From Candidatus Cloacimonadales bacterium (lineage in GTDB: Bacteria; Cloacimonadota; Cloacimonadia; Cloacimonadales; JAFGVF01), in assembly GCA_963662585.1 (NCBI GenBank), contig OY759729.1, forward strand, positions 896,001-960,000: a DNA stretch of 64,000 bases. Reading direction: 5' to 3'. Numbering within the stretch: the first letter of the stretch is position 1; every line of letters starts with the position of its first letter. The notes beneath the pieces are model-generated. The model worked only from the letters and a program-made list of their open reading frames with translations. It did no database searches and had not been told where the DNA came from. This document shows, in pieces, positions 28,079 through 37,581 of the stretch. The position numbers were made by a program, and so were the translations under genes.

Positions 28079-30970
28079 ATGAAATTAAGAAAATTAGGGC
28101 TAATATTTCTTATTATAATAGGGCTTATGCCTTCAATGTTGTTCTCTCAACCAATTGTGCAAGTAACCAAAAGTAATTCCATAATTTTAAATAAACTTGA
28201 AGCTTTGCAAGTAAATCTCTGTTTCGAGATGGATGATTATCTAGTGGTCTCTCCAGCAGAGACTTCTCTTCTTGATGAAGCTAATATTGACTATAGGTTA
28301 TTAACTTCCGATAATGAAATTAATCCCCTCTATCTAATCTCAGGAAAGGCTGGTGTTAAGCTACAAACTCAACCATATTTAGCTGAAATCTTAATTGATG
28401 ATGTCCTTAGAGTTGAGAAAGCCAACACCGCTAAGAAAAGTTACCTTCCCCAGCATGGAGTAAAATTTGTTCCGGTAAAAATAAGCTCCAGACTTTATCA
28501 AAATAAAGCTTCAGAATATAAGAACTTATCAAATGTTAACCAAGAAATTAACCGTAATTTTGACGAAGTATTAGAATCCGTTGAAGCCGATAGTGTTGCT
28601 TGGTTTATACAGAAGTTAGAAGACTTTGAAACCCGTTACGCTCTTGTTGATAATCGGAGAGAGATTTCTGAGTGGATAGCTTCTCAGTTTACTCGTTTTG
28701 GTTATGAAAATGTCGCTATTGATTCATTTTATGTAAGTAGATATAGTACTTGGCAGTATAATGTTGTCTGTATTGAAGAAGGCTATGTTAATCCTGATCA
28801 ATTCGTAGTTGTTGGTGGCCATCATGATTCTATTATTACCCCTAACACCTCTGCTGCTCTTACCTATGCTCCTGGAGCTGATGATAACGCTAGTGGAGTT
28901 GCGGCAGTTTTAGAAACTGCTCGTATCTTAAAACTCCATAATGTCCAAAATAGAAATTCAATCAGATTTGTTACTTTTGCTATGGAGGAATTTGGACTTT
29001 ACGGCGGTTATCATGATGCTGAGTATCTGACAGAGAATAATATTTCTGTAGTAGCAATGTTGAACAGTGATATGATTTCTAGTCATTACATTACAGAATT
29101 ATATACTTTCACGATTCGGGCCTATCCTGGTGCTGAATCTTTAACAAACTTAGCTCATACTAAAGGCTGGGAACTTGATATGAATACTTTGGTTTTGGAT
29201 ACATCACTATCAGGTTCGGACAGTTGGGCTTATCATGTGAATGGGATACCTGCTATTTTCTTCTCAGAGAATGACTTTAGTCCTTATTACCACTCTGATC
29301 AAGATATTAGTGAGAATACAAACCCATATTACGCTGCCCAATTCATAAAACTGATTGCTTCAGTTACGCTGTCCACTAGTAATCTAATTGTAATTGCAGA
29401 GAATTTCACTGTTCAAGATGCCGGCGATGGCTCGACTATCATTGCTTCATGGGATGAAGTTGAGGAAGACGGAATTACCTATCTTTTAGATGTTGAAAAT
29501 CTGACTACAAACGATGTTATCTCTTATAATACAGAAGAAACAAGCTATACAATTACCGATTTAACTAGTGGCACTCCTTATAAAGTAACACTTTATTCAA
29601 CCTTAGACGAGCTTTCTAGTTTTGGAGAAGTAAGATTTATTACTCCTCAAAATATACCTGCTCAAGTAGAAAATTTTATTTATACACCAGAGCTTAATCA
29701 AATTAACTTTTCTTGGTCTTCTAACTTAGAATTAGACCTATCAACTTATAAACTATATCGTAAAAATACTGAAGATACTGAATTCTCGCTAATTGCGACA
29801 ATTCCTGCTAATGAAAATAACTATTCTGATCTGACTACTGAAAGTGGAGTTTGGTACAATTATATGATTACAGCAATTGATGAAGATGGTAATGAGAGCC
29901 AAGCAACAGATATTATCACAGTTCGTCACCTTAGCTTTGACTCCGGAATAGGAGTTTATGATTTCACTACCTTCTCTGACAATAACCTTCTCTATCCTGC
30001 TCAAGAGCTAGTTGAGGACTTTTATGCAGACATCTTTAGTAATTATGACTATGATCTTATCACTTGTGATTCTCAAGAAGAACTAAAAATTGAAGACTTA
30101 GGAATCTATTCTGCTATTGTTATCTTCAAGAATTCTTTTACTTCTATATCAAATACTCATCTAAAAAATACTCTAGAGGAATATTTAGCTTATGGTGGAA
30201 ATGTCTTGATATCGACTTCTGACCCTATCAGATTTTTAGATTTAAATAGTAATACTTACCCAAAAACCTTTGTTCAAGGTGATTTTGTCTATGATCGATT
30301 TGGAATAAGCCAAGTAGATTTTAATAGTACTGCTCGTTTGGCTAGAGCCCAATCATTAGCTTGGGATATCCCAGATTTAATGGTAGATGCAGATAAAATT
30401 TTCCCTACTTTTAATGGAAGAATTTATAATGTTGAAGCATTTTCAACTCCTTCATTAACTAGTATTGAAAATATCTTTAGCTATCAATCAGACTCTGATA
30501 ACTCTTCCCAGAATATATTTGATGATTATATCGTTGCTATGAGCAAGAGTTATGAGAATTCCAAAACTGTTATTACTTCCATACCTTTATATTTTATGGA
30601 AGCTATTCAAGCAAAAGAATTTACTAATTCTGTTTTCGCTTACTTTGACGAATCTGTGGAAAATGAAAGCAACGAAACGATGCCTGGACCACCAACATTG
30701 AGATTATCTAACTATCCTAACCCATTTAATCCATCTACTACTATAAGATTTAATCTACCAATGAAAAGCAATATTGGCCTTAAAATATACAATCTAAAAG
30801 GTCAATTAGTAAAAAGCATTTATAAATCAAACTTAACATCTGGCAACCATACAATAACTTGGAATGGAGATAATGATAAAGGAAATAAATTAAGCTCAGG
30901 CATTTACCTCTATAAATTAAAGACAGATTCAGGTTTATCCCAAACCAGAAGAATGCTTCTGATTAAATAA
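28079..30970 (+). CDS. Secreted M28 family peptidase with FN3 domains and FlgD-Ig/T9SS-like CTD
   Basis: GGHHDS, PGADDNASG, MEEFGL, SDSW, YHSDQD zinc-peptidase motifs; NYPNPFNP...YNLKGQLV...SGIYLY CTD. Confidence 0.88.
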   Translation: MKLRKLGLIFLIIIGLMPSMLFSQPIVQVTKSNSIILNKLEALQVNLCFEMDDYLVVSPAETSLLDEANIDYRLLTSDNEINPLYLISGKAGVKLQTQPYLAEILIDDVLRVEKANTAKKSYLPQHGVKFVPVKISSRLYQNKASEYKNLSNVNQEINRNFDEVLESVEADSVAWFIQKLEDFETRYALVDNRREISEWIASQFTRFGYENVAIDSFYVSRYSTWQYNVVCIEEGYVNPDQFVVVGGHHDSIITPNTSAALTYAPGADDNASGVAAVLETARILKLHNVQNRNSIRFVTFAMEEFGLYGGYHDAEYLTENNISVVAMLNSDMISSHYITELYTFTIRAYPGAESLTNLAHTKGWELDMNTLVLDTSLSGSDSWAYHVNGIPAIFFSENDFSPYYHSDQDISENTNPYYAAQFIKLIASVTLSTSNLIVIAENFTVQDAGDGSTIIASWDEVEEDGITYLLDVENLTTNDVISYNTEETSYTITDLTSGTPYKVTLYSTLDELSSFGEVRFITPQNIPAQVENFIYTPELNQINFSWSSNLELDLSTYKLYRKNTEDTEFSLIATIPANENNYSDLTTESGVWYNYMITAIDEDGNESQATDIITVRHLSFDSGIGVYDFTTFSDNNLLYPAQELVEDFYADIFSNYDYDLITCDSQEELKIEDLGIYSAIVIFKNSFTSISNTHLKNTLEEYLAYGGNVLISTSDPIRFLDLNSNTYPKTFVQGDFVYDRFGISQVDFNSTARLARAQSLAWDIPDLMVDADKIFPTFNGRIYNVEAFSTPSLTSIENIFSYQSDSDNSSQNIFDDYIVAMSKSYENSKTVITSIPLYFMEAIQAKEFTNSVFAYFDESVENESNETMPGPPTLRLSNYPNPFNPSTTIRFNLPMKSNIGLKIYNLKGQLVKSIYKSNLTSGNHTITWNGDNDKGNKLSSGIYLYKLKTDSGLSQTRRMLLIK

Positions 30971-31075
30971 AATTGCTTATCAAAAAGATAATAACTAGAA
31001 ATCATCCAAATTATTTGCCTGGACACTAATCAGAAACTTGATATTATGTCTCATAAATAAAATTAGAGTAGGGAT

Positions 31076-31834
31076 ATGCAAGAAAATTTAACCTTTGATA
31101 AATCTATAAAAAGAGTTGTTAGCAGAATAATTAGAACAATAAGAAAATATAAACTGATAGATGAGAAGGAAACAGTGGCTGTTGCCCTTTCAGGTGGTAA
31201 AGATAGTGCTACGCTACTCTTTCTGCTTTGGTACATAAGCCAATACTCTTATTTAAACTTTAAGCTGATTGGCTTACATGTTCAGACAGGGGAATATGAT
31301 TGCTCACCTATTAAAGAATTATGCACTATGATGGACATCGAGTTTGTTGTCTTGCATATTGATATGGTACAAGTAATTAACTATCCCCATATCTGTTATT
31401 CCTGTTCTAGAATTAAAAGACAAGCAATGTGGGAAGAGATTAATCGTAGAGGAATTCAAAAAATAGCTTATGGACATCATGCTGATGATGCTGTTGATAC
31501 CTTTTTTATGAATCTCATAATTCATCAGAATATTGAGTCTTTCCCACCAATTCTAAATTATAAAAAACTTGATTTAGCTGTTATTAGACCCTTAATATTC
31601 ATTAGAGAAAGCTGGATTCTAAGCCAATTTATGAAAAAGAAATTAACAAAGATAACTTATCAATGTCCTTATGAAGAGACTAATATCAGACAAGATTTTC
31701 GGGAAAAAGTAGAAAAGATTCAAGAGATTTTTCCTGAATATAGAGTAGAAGAAAATGTTATGAGAGCTTTAGAGAAATATTATGATCTTTTGCTTGCTGA
31801 CCAAATTGATAGTTCAATGAAAGTTTTCAAATAG
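31076..31834 (+). CDS. TtcA-family tRNA thiolation PP-loop ATPase (second copy)
   Basis: SGGKDS, ICYSCSRIKR, GHHADD, IRPL, CP motif. Confidence 0.82.
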   Translation: MQENLTFDKSIKRVVSRIIRTIRKYKLIDEKETVAVALSGGKDSATLLFLLWYISQYSYLNFKLIGLHVQTGEYDCSPIKELCTMMDIEFVVLHIDMVQVINYPHICYSCSRIKRQAMWEEINRRGIQKIAYGHHADDAVDTFFMNLIIHQNIESFPPILNYKKLDLAVIRPLIFIRESWILSQFMKKKLTKITYQCPYEETNIRQDFREKVEKIQEIFPEYRVEENVMRALEKYYDLLLADQIDSSMKVFK

Positions 31835-31841
31835 AGGTATT

Positions 31842-32372
31842 ATGAAATTATTAGTTCATGTTTGCTGTGCACCCTGCTTTATAGCCCCTTATACTCATCT
31901 TAAAGATGAACATGACATTACCGCCTTTTGGTTTAATCACAATATTCATCCCTATACAGAATATCAAAAAAGATTAGATACACTAAGAGAATTCGTTACC
32001 AAAAACAATATTACCTATATTGAAAAAGATGAATATGATTTAGATAGATTCATCCAAAATGCAGTATTTAAAGAAAACAAACGATGCATTTCTTGTTATT
32101 ATGAAAGACTAAAATATACTGCCATTATAGCCAAAAAAGGTAAATTTGATGCCTTTACTTCTACCCTACTCTACTCCAAACATCAAAACCATAATCTTAT
32201 GATCGAGATCGCAGAATCCCTAGCCAAAGAATATGGAGTGAAATTCTTCTATCAAGACTTCAGAGAATACTGGAAAGAAGGTATTGAGCTTTCAAAAGAA
32301 GAAGGGATGTATAGACAGCAATATTGTGGTTGTATCTACTCTGAAAGAGATCGATACTATAAGAAGAATTAA
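31842..32372 (+). CDS. queH: Epoxyqueuosine reductase QueH
   Basis: LVHVCCAPC, NIHPYTEY, RCISCY, YRQQYCGCIYS. Confidence 0.92.
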   Translation: MKLLVHVCCAPCFIAPYTHLKDEHDITAFWFNHNIHPYTEYQKRLDTLREFVTKNNITYIEKDEYDLDRFIQNAVFKENKRCISCYYERLKYTAIIAKKGKFDAFTSTLLYSKHQNHNLMIEIAESLAKEYGVKFFYQDFREYWKEGIELSKEEGMYRQQYCGCIYSERDRYYKKN

Positions 32373-32575
32373 GAGTTGAGAATTAAGAATTGAGAATTTG
32401 AAGAAAGATGAATATATCCACTAATTTCACGAATTAAGAAAAAATCACTAAGGGATTAAATAGATTAGCCCAGGGTCTCATTTTTTGAAGAAAAATTGAC
32501 CCTGGTAAAAAACAGCTACAAAAATTACCTGTCTTGTGAAGGCCAAGCATTAGTGTAGACTCAAGGGGTTTAAGA
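32373..32575. repeat. Composite intergenic repeat: heptamer run plus AAGGGATTAAATAGATTAGCC palindromic unit
   Basis: GAGAATT/AAGAATT heptamers; 21-nt exact match (32450-32470) to 55692-55712; CCAGGGTC...GACCCTGG stem. Confidence 0.65.
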
Positions 32576-32691
32576 GAAAACAATAATTGCAATAAAAACA
32601 TCAAATTATTTTAGAATATTCAGAAAGTTATTGACAAGTTAACACTGTTAATTAAATCTTCCATTATAATAATTTTCTAGGAGAAATAAAG

Positions 32692-33153
32692 ATGAAAAAA
32701 GTAATTTTAATAGTATTTTTAATGCTAGTATCAGTGATGTTAATAGCAAAACCGACCCAATTAAAGAATTTCGAAGATTTAATGGATGCTTTAAAAGCAG
32801 GCAGAGAAGTTAGAGTTGTAGCAGAATATGGCAAATGCAAATTAATATCAAATAATGAAGAAAAAACAGCTCCTAATGCTATTGGTGGTATGGGTGTTGA
32901 TGTTTGGGAATATTTTGCTCCAATGTCAGTTGGAAATCCTACAGCTTTTGTAGTATTTTCTCAAACTAAATTAATCAATTATGGTGGATATATCTATAAT
33001 TATGCTAAGTTTAGAGTTGGTGATGATAACAAAGTTAAAATTACTGCTCAATATGCTAATGCTACTGATTTTGATATCGAAATGAATGAAAATTTCTTTT
33101 CAGAGATCAATGATGGCAAAAATGAAGCTGCTGTGTATTTCTACGCTGAATAA
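32692..33153 (+). CDS. Secreted VirK-like protein
   Basis: Signal peptide; FEDLMDALKAGREVRVVAEYGKC resembles the VirK family N-terminus (recognised by eye). Confidence 0.6.
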   Translation: MKKVILIVFLMLVSVMLIAKPTQLKNFEDLMDALKAGREVRVVAEYGKCKLISNNEEKTAPNAIGGMGVDVWEYFAPMSVGNPTAFVVFSQTKLINYGGYIYNYAKFRVGDDNKVKITAQYANATDFDIEMNENFFSEINDGKNEAAVYFYAE

Positions 33154-33166
33154 AATTTCTTATTAT

Positions 33167-33196
33167 GAGTGGGCAAACTAGCCCACTCTTTTTTTT
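33167..33196 (+). terminator. Rho-independent terminator
   Basis: GAGTGGGC-aaacta-GCCCACTC followed by 8 T. Confidence 0.9.
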
Positions 33197-33248
33197 CTTC
33201 AATTATTTATTTGACAAATCTTCCACCTCAATTTTATTAGTAAATAAA

Positions 33249-33283
33249 AACCTTTAATCTTGCCCTGCGAGGCAGAAAGGAGA
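33249..33283 (+). promoter_or_regulatory. PyrR binding loop in the pyr leader
   Basis: CCTTTAA-TCT-TGCCCTGCGAGGCA-GAAAGG fits the CUUUAA...ARUCCNGNGAGGYU consensus with compensatory changes; downstream of TTGACA (33211) and upstream of pyrB. Confidence 0.85.
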
Positions 33284-33288
33284 ACAAA

Positions 33289-33405
33289 ATGAATAAAGTT
33301 AAAAAATTTAGATTTAACCTACCTCTTGGCCAAAAACAACTACAAGACCACTGTTCCCCTTTTTTACTATTAAACTACAGGAGTACCTATGCAAAACGAG
33401 TTTAA
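33289..33405 (+). CDS. Putative 38-aa pyr leader uORF overlapping the pyrB start
   Basis: AAGGAG SD then ATG; MNKVKKFRFNLPLGQKQLQDHCSPFLLLNYRSTYAKRV*; below the ORF track length cutoff. Confidence 0.4.
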   Translation: MNKVKKFRFNLPLGQKQLQDHCSPFLLLNYRSTYAKRV

Positions 33406-34327
33406 TTTTGTGAACCGTAACATGTTCGACTTAGATGATTATAGTGCTGAAGAAATTCTCCAGATCTTAGAAAGTGCTAAAGCAATGAAGGAGATTAATT
33501 CTCGCTCATACAAAAAAATTCCAACTCTTCGCGGAAAAACTGTCTGTACACTTTTCTTTGAAAATTCAACCAGAACACTGATATCTTTTGAATTAGCTGC
33601 TCACAGACTAAGTGCTGATGTAGTAAGCTTTTCAGCAAATACCTCTTCCCTATCCAAAGGTGAAAGTTTACAGGATACTGTTTTAACTTTAGATGCCATG
33701 GGAATTGATGCTTATATCATTAGACACAGCTACCCTGGTTCACCACAGATGGTACATAAATATACAGGAAAACCTGTCCTTAATGGCGGTGATGGTCGCC
33801 ATGCACATCCCACACAAGCACTACTTGATATCTATTCGATTTGGGAAAAAAGAGGAAGCCTTCAAGGAATGAAAGTAACTATTGTTGGTGATATAGCCCA
33901 TAGTAGAGTAGTTAGATCTAACCTTATTGGCATGAAGAAGTTAGGAGCAGAAGTAACAGTTTGTGCACCAAGAACTTTAATGCCAGGTAAGATGGAAGAA
34001 ATTTATGGTTGTAAAGTTGAATATGATTTAAAAACTGCTCTTACTGATGCTGATGCAGTAATGGGGTTAAGAATGCAGTTAGAGAGACAAAAAGATGGTC
34101 TCTTCCCTAGTTTAGAAGAATACACTAAATATTACTCACTTTCAAAAAATACACTTAAATGGGCTAAACCAGATGCTTTAGTTATGCATCCAGGACCAAT
34201 GAACAGAGGTATTGAGATATTACCAGAAATCGCAGATTCTAAGCAATCTGTAATTCTTGACCAAGTTACTAACGGCGTTGCTGTTAGAATGGCTTTATTG
34301 TTCTTAATCTTAGGTGGACAGGCATAG
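33389..34327 (+). CDS. pyrB: Aspartate carbamoyltransferase catalytic subunit
   Basis: FFENSTRT, KGESL, HPTQALLD, GDIAHSRV, MHPGPMNRG. Confidence 0.97.
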   Translation: MQNEFNFVNRNMFDLDDYSAEEILQILESAKAMKEINSRSYKKIPTLRGKTVCTLFFENSTRTLISFELAAHRLSADVVSFSANTSSLSKGESLQDTVLTLDAMGIDAYIIRHSYPGSPQMVHKYTGKPVLNGGDGRHAHPTQALLDIYSIWEKRGSLQGMKVTIVGDIAHSRVVRSNLIGMKKLGAEVTVCAPRTLMPGKMEEIYGCKVEYDLKTALTDADAVMGLRMQLERQKDGLFPSLEEYTKYYSLSKNTLKWAKPDALVMHPGPMNRGIEILPEIADSKQSVILDQVTNGVAVRMALLFLILGGQA

Positions 34328-34333
34328 GAGGAT

Positions 34334-35608
34334 ATGATGAAAATACTAATCACTAATGGAAAAGCTTTTATAAATGACCAGTTTGTACAAAAAGATATAT
34401 TAATAGAAGATAAAAAAATTCTTAAAGTAGCTGATGTAATTGAAGATGCAGCTGATAGAATAATAGATGCTGAAGGGAAAGTAGTTCTCCCTGGATTCAT
34501 AGATTTACATGCTCATTTAAGAGACCCAGGACAAATTCATAAAGAAGATATTGTTACTGGTACTGCAGCTGCTGCCAAAGGTGGATTCACAACAATCTGT
34601 GCTATGCCAAATACTTCTCCAGTTGTAGATAATATCGCAACAGTAGAATATATTCAAAGAAAAGCAACAGATTTAGGTAAGTGTAAAGTAAAAGTTATTG
34701 GAGCTATGACAAAAGGTTCTGAAGGCGTAGAGATTTCTGAATATGCTATTATGAAAGAGGGTGGAATTGTAGCAGTCTCTGATGATGGTGGTTGTGTGCA
34801 AAATGCTAAATTAACCCAAAACTGTATGAAATACGCCTATAACTTTGATTTACCAGTAATAGTCCATGCTGAAGATTATAAATTAGCAGGAAGCGGATTA
34901 GTTAATGCTGGAAAAATATCAAGTCAGCTCGGACTAGGTGGAATCCCTGGTTTAGCAGAAGAAATCATTATTTCTCGCGATATTATGTTAGCAGAGAGCA
35001 TTGGGGTAAGACTTCATATTGCTCATATTTCAACTGCTAAAGGTATTGAATTAGTTAGAAAAGCCAAATCAGATGGTATAGCTATTACCACTGAAGTTAC
35101 TCCTCATCACCTTACAATGAATGAAGATGCTGTCTATGGTTTTGATACTAATACTAAAGTTAAACCACCTCTTCGTCATGAGAAAGACAGACAAGCTTGC
35201 ATTGCAGCACTTATAGATGGTACAATTGATTATATTGCCACTGACCATGCTCCTCACTCTGATTATGAAAAAGAAAGAGAATATAACATTGCTCCTTTTG
35301 GAATCAACGGTTTTGAAACAGCTTTTGCTTCTTTGAATACTATCTTGATTAAGAATAATAAAATAGATTTAAATACTATTGTTAAAGCTATGAGTGAAAA
35401 ACCAGCCCAATTCTTAGGTTTAAATACTGGAAAAATAACAGAAGGTTATCTTGCAGATTTAAATATTATTGATTTAGATGCTGATATTGAATTTACCCGC
35501 GAAACAATGCTATCCAAATCAATTAATACTCCTTATATTAATCAAACCCTAAAAGGAAAAGTTGAATATACTATCTGCGAAGGTAGAATTACTTGGGAAG
35601 CAGAGTAA
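34334..35608 (+). CDS. pyrC: Dihydroorotase (type I)
   Basis: DLHAHLRDPG, MPNT, EVTPHHL, KVKPPLR, TDHAPH. Confidence 0.95.
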   Translation: MMKILITNGKAFINDQFVQKDILIEDKKILKVADVIEDAADRIIDAEGKVVLPGFIDLHAHLRDPGQIHKEDIVTGTAAAAKGGFTTICAMPNTSPVVDNIATVEYIQRKATDLGKCKVKVIGAMTKGSEGVEISEYAIMKEGGIVAVSDDGGCVQNAKLTQNCMKYAYNFDLPVIVHAEDYKLAGSGLVNAGKISSQLGLGGIPGLAEEIIISRDIMLAESIGVRLHIAHISTAKGIELVRKAKSDGIAITTEVTPHHLTMNEDAVYGFDTNTKVKPPLRHEKDRQACIAALIDGTIDYIATDHAPHSDYEKEREYNIAPFGINGFETAFASLNTILIKNNKIDLNTIVKAMSEKPAQFLGLNTGKITEGYLADLNIIDLDADIEFTRETMLSKSINTPYINQTLKGKVEYTICEGRITWEAE

Positions 35609-35651
35609 GAAAAGTTAAAAATTAAGAATTTAAGAAAGACCTTTCACACGA

Positions 35652-35683
35652 ATGTAGGGGCGAAAGATTTTTCGCCCCTACAT
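35652..35683. repeat. GTAG-type REP palindrome
   Basis: ATGTAGGGGCGAAA-gatt-TTTCGCCCCTACAT perfect 14-bp stem. Confidence 0.8.
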
Positions 35684-35777
35684 AAGACATAATAAAGAAC
35701 TCTTGAAAGCGCACCGTTGGAAATACCGGCACCCCTTGGCTGAAGGGGAATTGTAAGAGAATTAACAAGGATTAAAG

Positions 35778-36521
35778 ATGAAATGTAGATTATTAGAAAA
35801 TAAAAAGATAAACAATGATTACTATTTACTAAAATTTAGCAGAGAGGGAATAAATTCAGAATTCCAACCAGGGCAGTTTGTTACTGTAAAGCTCCCCGAA
35901 ATTCTTCCAGGACAAAGGCTTGGAATACCAATTAGTCTTTATCAAGCAGATGAAACTTCTTTCACTCTCTTTATTAAGATATTGGGAGAAGGAACAAGAA
36001 TACTTTCTCATGTAGAAAAAGAGATGGAACTTGACATCTTAGGTCCTTTAGGCACAGGATTTACCCTGGTAAAAAATAAAACAGTTCTTTTAATTTCTGG
36101 CGGTGTAGGTTATCCCCCTCTTTGGTATTTAAAAGAAAAACTTGAAGATTGTCAGATAACTTGGATACATGGTGGTAAGAGTAAATCTGATATATTCCCT
36201 TGCGATCATGCTTACACAGAGGATGGCTCCTGTGGAGAGAAAGGCTTTGTTACTTCTGATCTAAAAGATATTCTTAAAAACCAAAAATTTGATATTGCTT
36301 ATAGTTGTGGACCAAATCCCATGCTAAAAGCTATTGCACAAATTTTAAAAGAATATAATGTCCCATTAGAAGTATCTTTAGAAGAGTATATGGCTTGTGG
36401 AATTGGTGTCTGTTATGGATGTGCTGTGCAAGTTATTTCTGATGATAAAGAAGCTCTCTATAAAAGAGTTTGTAAAGATGGTCCTGTATTTAATGCTAAC
36501 GAAATAGTATGGGAGACTTAA
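35778..36521 (+). CDS. pyrK: Dihydroorotate dehydrogenase electron transfer subunit
   Basis: PGQF, GPLGTGF, GGVG, CGP, MACGIGVCYGC, VCKDGPVF. Confidence 0.95.
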   Translation: MKCRLLENKKINNDYYLLKFSREGINSEFQPGQFVTVKLPEILPGQRLGIPISLYQADETSFTLFIKILGEGTRILSHVEKEMELDILGPLGTGFTLVKNKTVLLISGGVGYPPLWYLKEKLEDCQITWIHGGKSKSDIFPCDHAYTEDGSCGEKGFVTSDLKDILKNQKFDIAYSCGPNPMLKAIAQILKEYNVPLEVSLEEYMACGIGVCYGCAVQVISDDKEALYKRVCKDGPVFNANEIVWET

Positions 36522-36522
36522 T

Positions 36523-37419
36523 ATGAATTTAACTACAAAATTAAATAAATTAGAGTTTAAAAACCCGATTACTACAGCATCAGGTACTTTTGGCTATGAA
36601 ATGGCTGATTACCTTGATTTTAATAAATTAGGTGCTATAGTAACCAAAACTATTACTAAAGATAGAAAAGCAGGAAACCCCTCTCCCCGACTCTATGAAA
36701 CTGAATGGGGTCTACTTAATTCTATCGGACTGCAAAATCCTGGAGTAGAAGCCTTCATTAAAGAGTCTATTCCTATTTATGAAAAATATCAGACACCATT
36801 AATCGTAAGTTTCTCAGCTTCTACTAGTGAAGAGTTTATGGAAGTTCTCACTCGCTTAGAAACTGTTAATTCTATTGCTGGCTACGAAGTAAATGTTTCG
36901 TGTCCTAATGTAGAAAATGAAGGAATCGCTTTCGGAGTAGATGCTAAAGTTGTAAATGAACTTACCTCAAAGTTAAGAAAACTTACAGATAAAGAGTTAA
37001 TTATCAAGCTTACTCCAAATGTTACTAATATTGTTGAGATAGCCAAGGCAGCCAAAGAAGGTGGTGCAGATTCTTTAGCTCTTATCAATACTCTGTTGGG
37101 AATGGCAATTGACCCGATGACTGGTAAGTCTAGAATTAACAAGAGAATATGTGGTTATAGTGGCTCAGCAATTAAGCCAGTTGCTCTTGCTAATGTTTAC
37201 AGAGTTGCTCAAGCTGTTGATATTCCTATTTTGGCTATGGGCGGAGCTGAAAACTATCTTGATGTCTTAGAATTCCTTTATGCTGGTGCTTCTCTTGTAG
37301 CAATAGGTACTGCTAACTTCTATAATCCTAACATCACTGAAGAGATAATTGCTGATTTGCAAAATCACTTTGATAAATATAATTTATCAGTTGATAAGAT
37401 TAGAGGAAAAGTCCTTTAA
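36523..37419 (+). CDS. pyrD: Dihydroorotate dehydrogenase family 1B catalytic subunit
   Basis: ASGTFG, NSIGLQNPG, NVSCPNV, KLTPNV, INT motifs. Confidence 0.95.
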   Translation: MNLTTKLNKLEFKNPITTASGTFGYEMADYLDFNKLGAIVTKTITKDRKAGNPSPRLYETEWGLLNSIGLQNPGVEAFIKESIPIYEKYQTPLIVSFSASTSEEFMEVLTRLETVNSIAGYEVNVSCPNVENEGIAFGVDAKVVNELTSKLRKLTDKELIIKLTPNVTNIVEIAKAAKEGGADSLALINTLLGMAIDPMTGKSRINKRICGYSGSAIKPVALANVYRVAQAVDIPILAMGGAENYLDVLEFLYAGASLVAIGTANFYNPNITEEIIADLQNHFDKYNLSVDKIRGKVL

Positions 37420-37523
37420 TTTAGAATAAAAGAGAAGAAAATAAATCTAATCACCCTAAATTAGTCTTGTTATAAAAAACAATTAAACGATTTTATGATT
37501 AGAAAAACCTGCTAACATAACTA

Positions 37524-37539
37524 TGGAATACAAATTGCA
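37524..37539 (+). promoter_or_regulatory. Candidate sigma54 (-24/-12) promoter
   Basis: TGGAATACAAATTGCA = GG-N10-GC; C of GC is 44 nt before the LVIVD lipoprotein start. Confidence 0.6.
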
Positions 37540-37581
37540 TAAAATATAGGTAAATAAAATATTATATTTTGGAGGCTCGAC

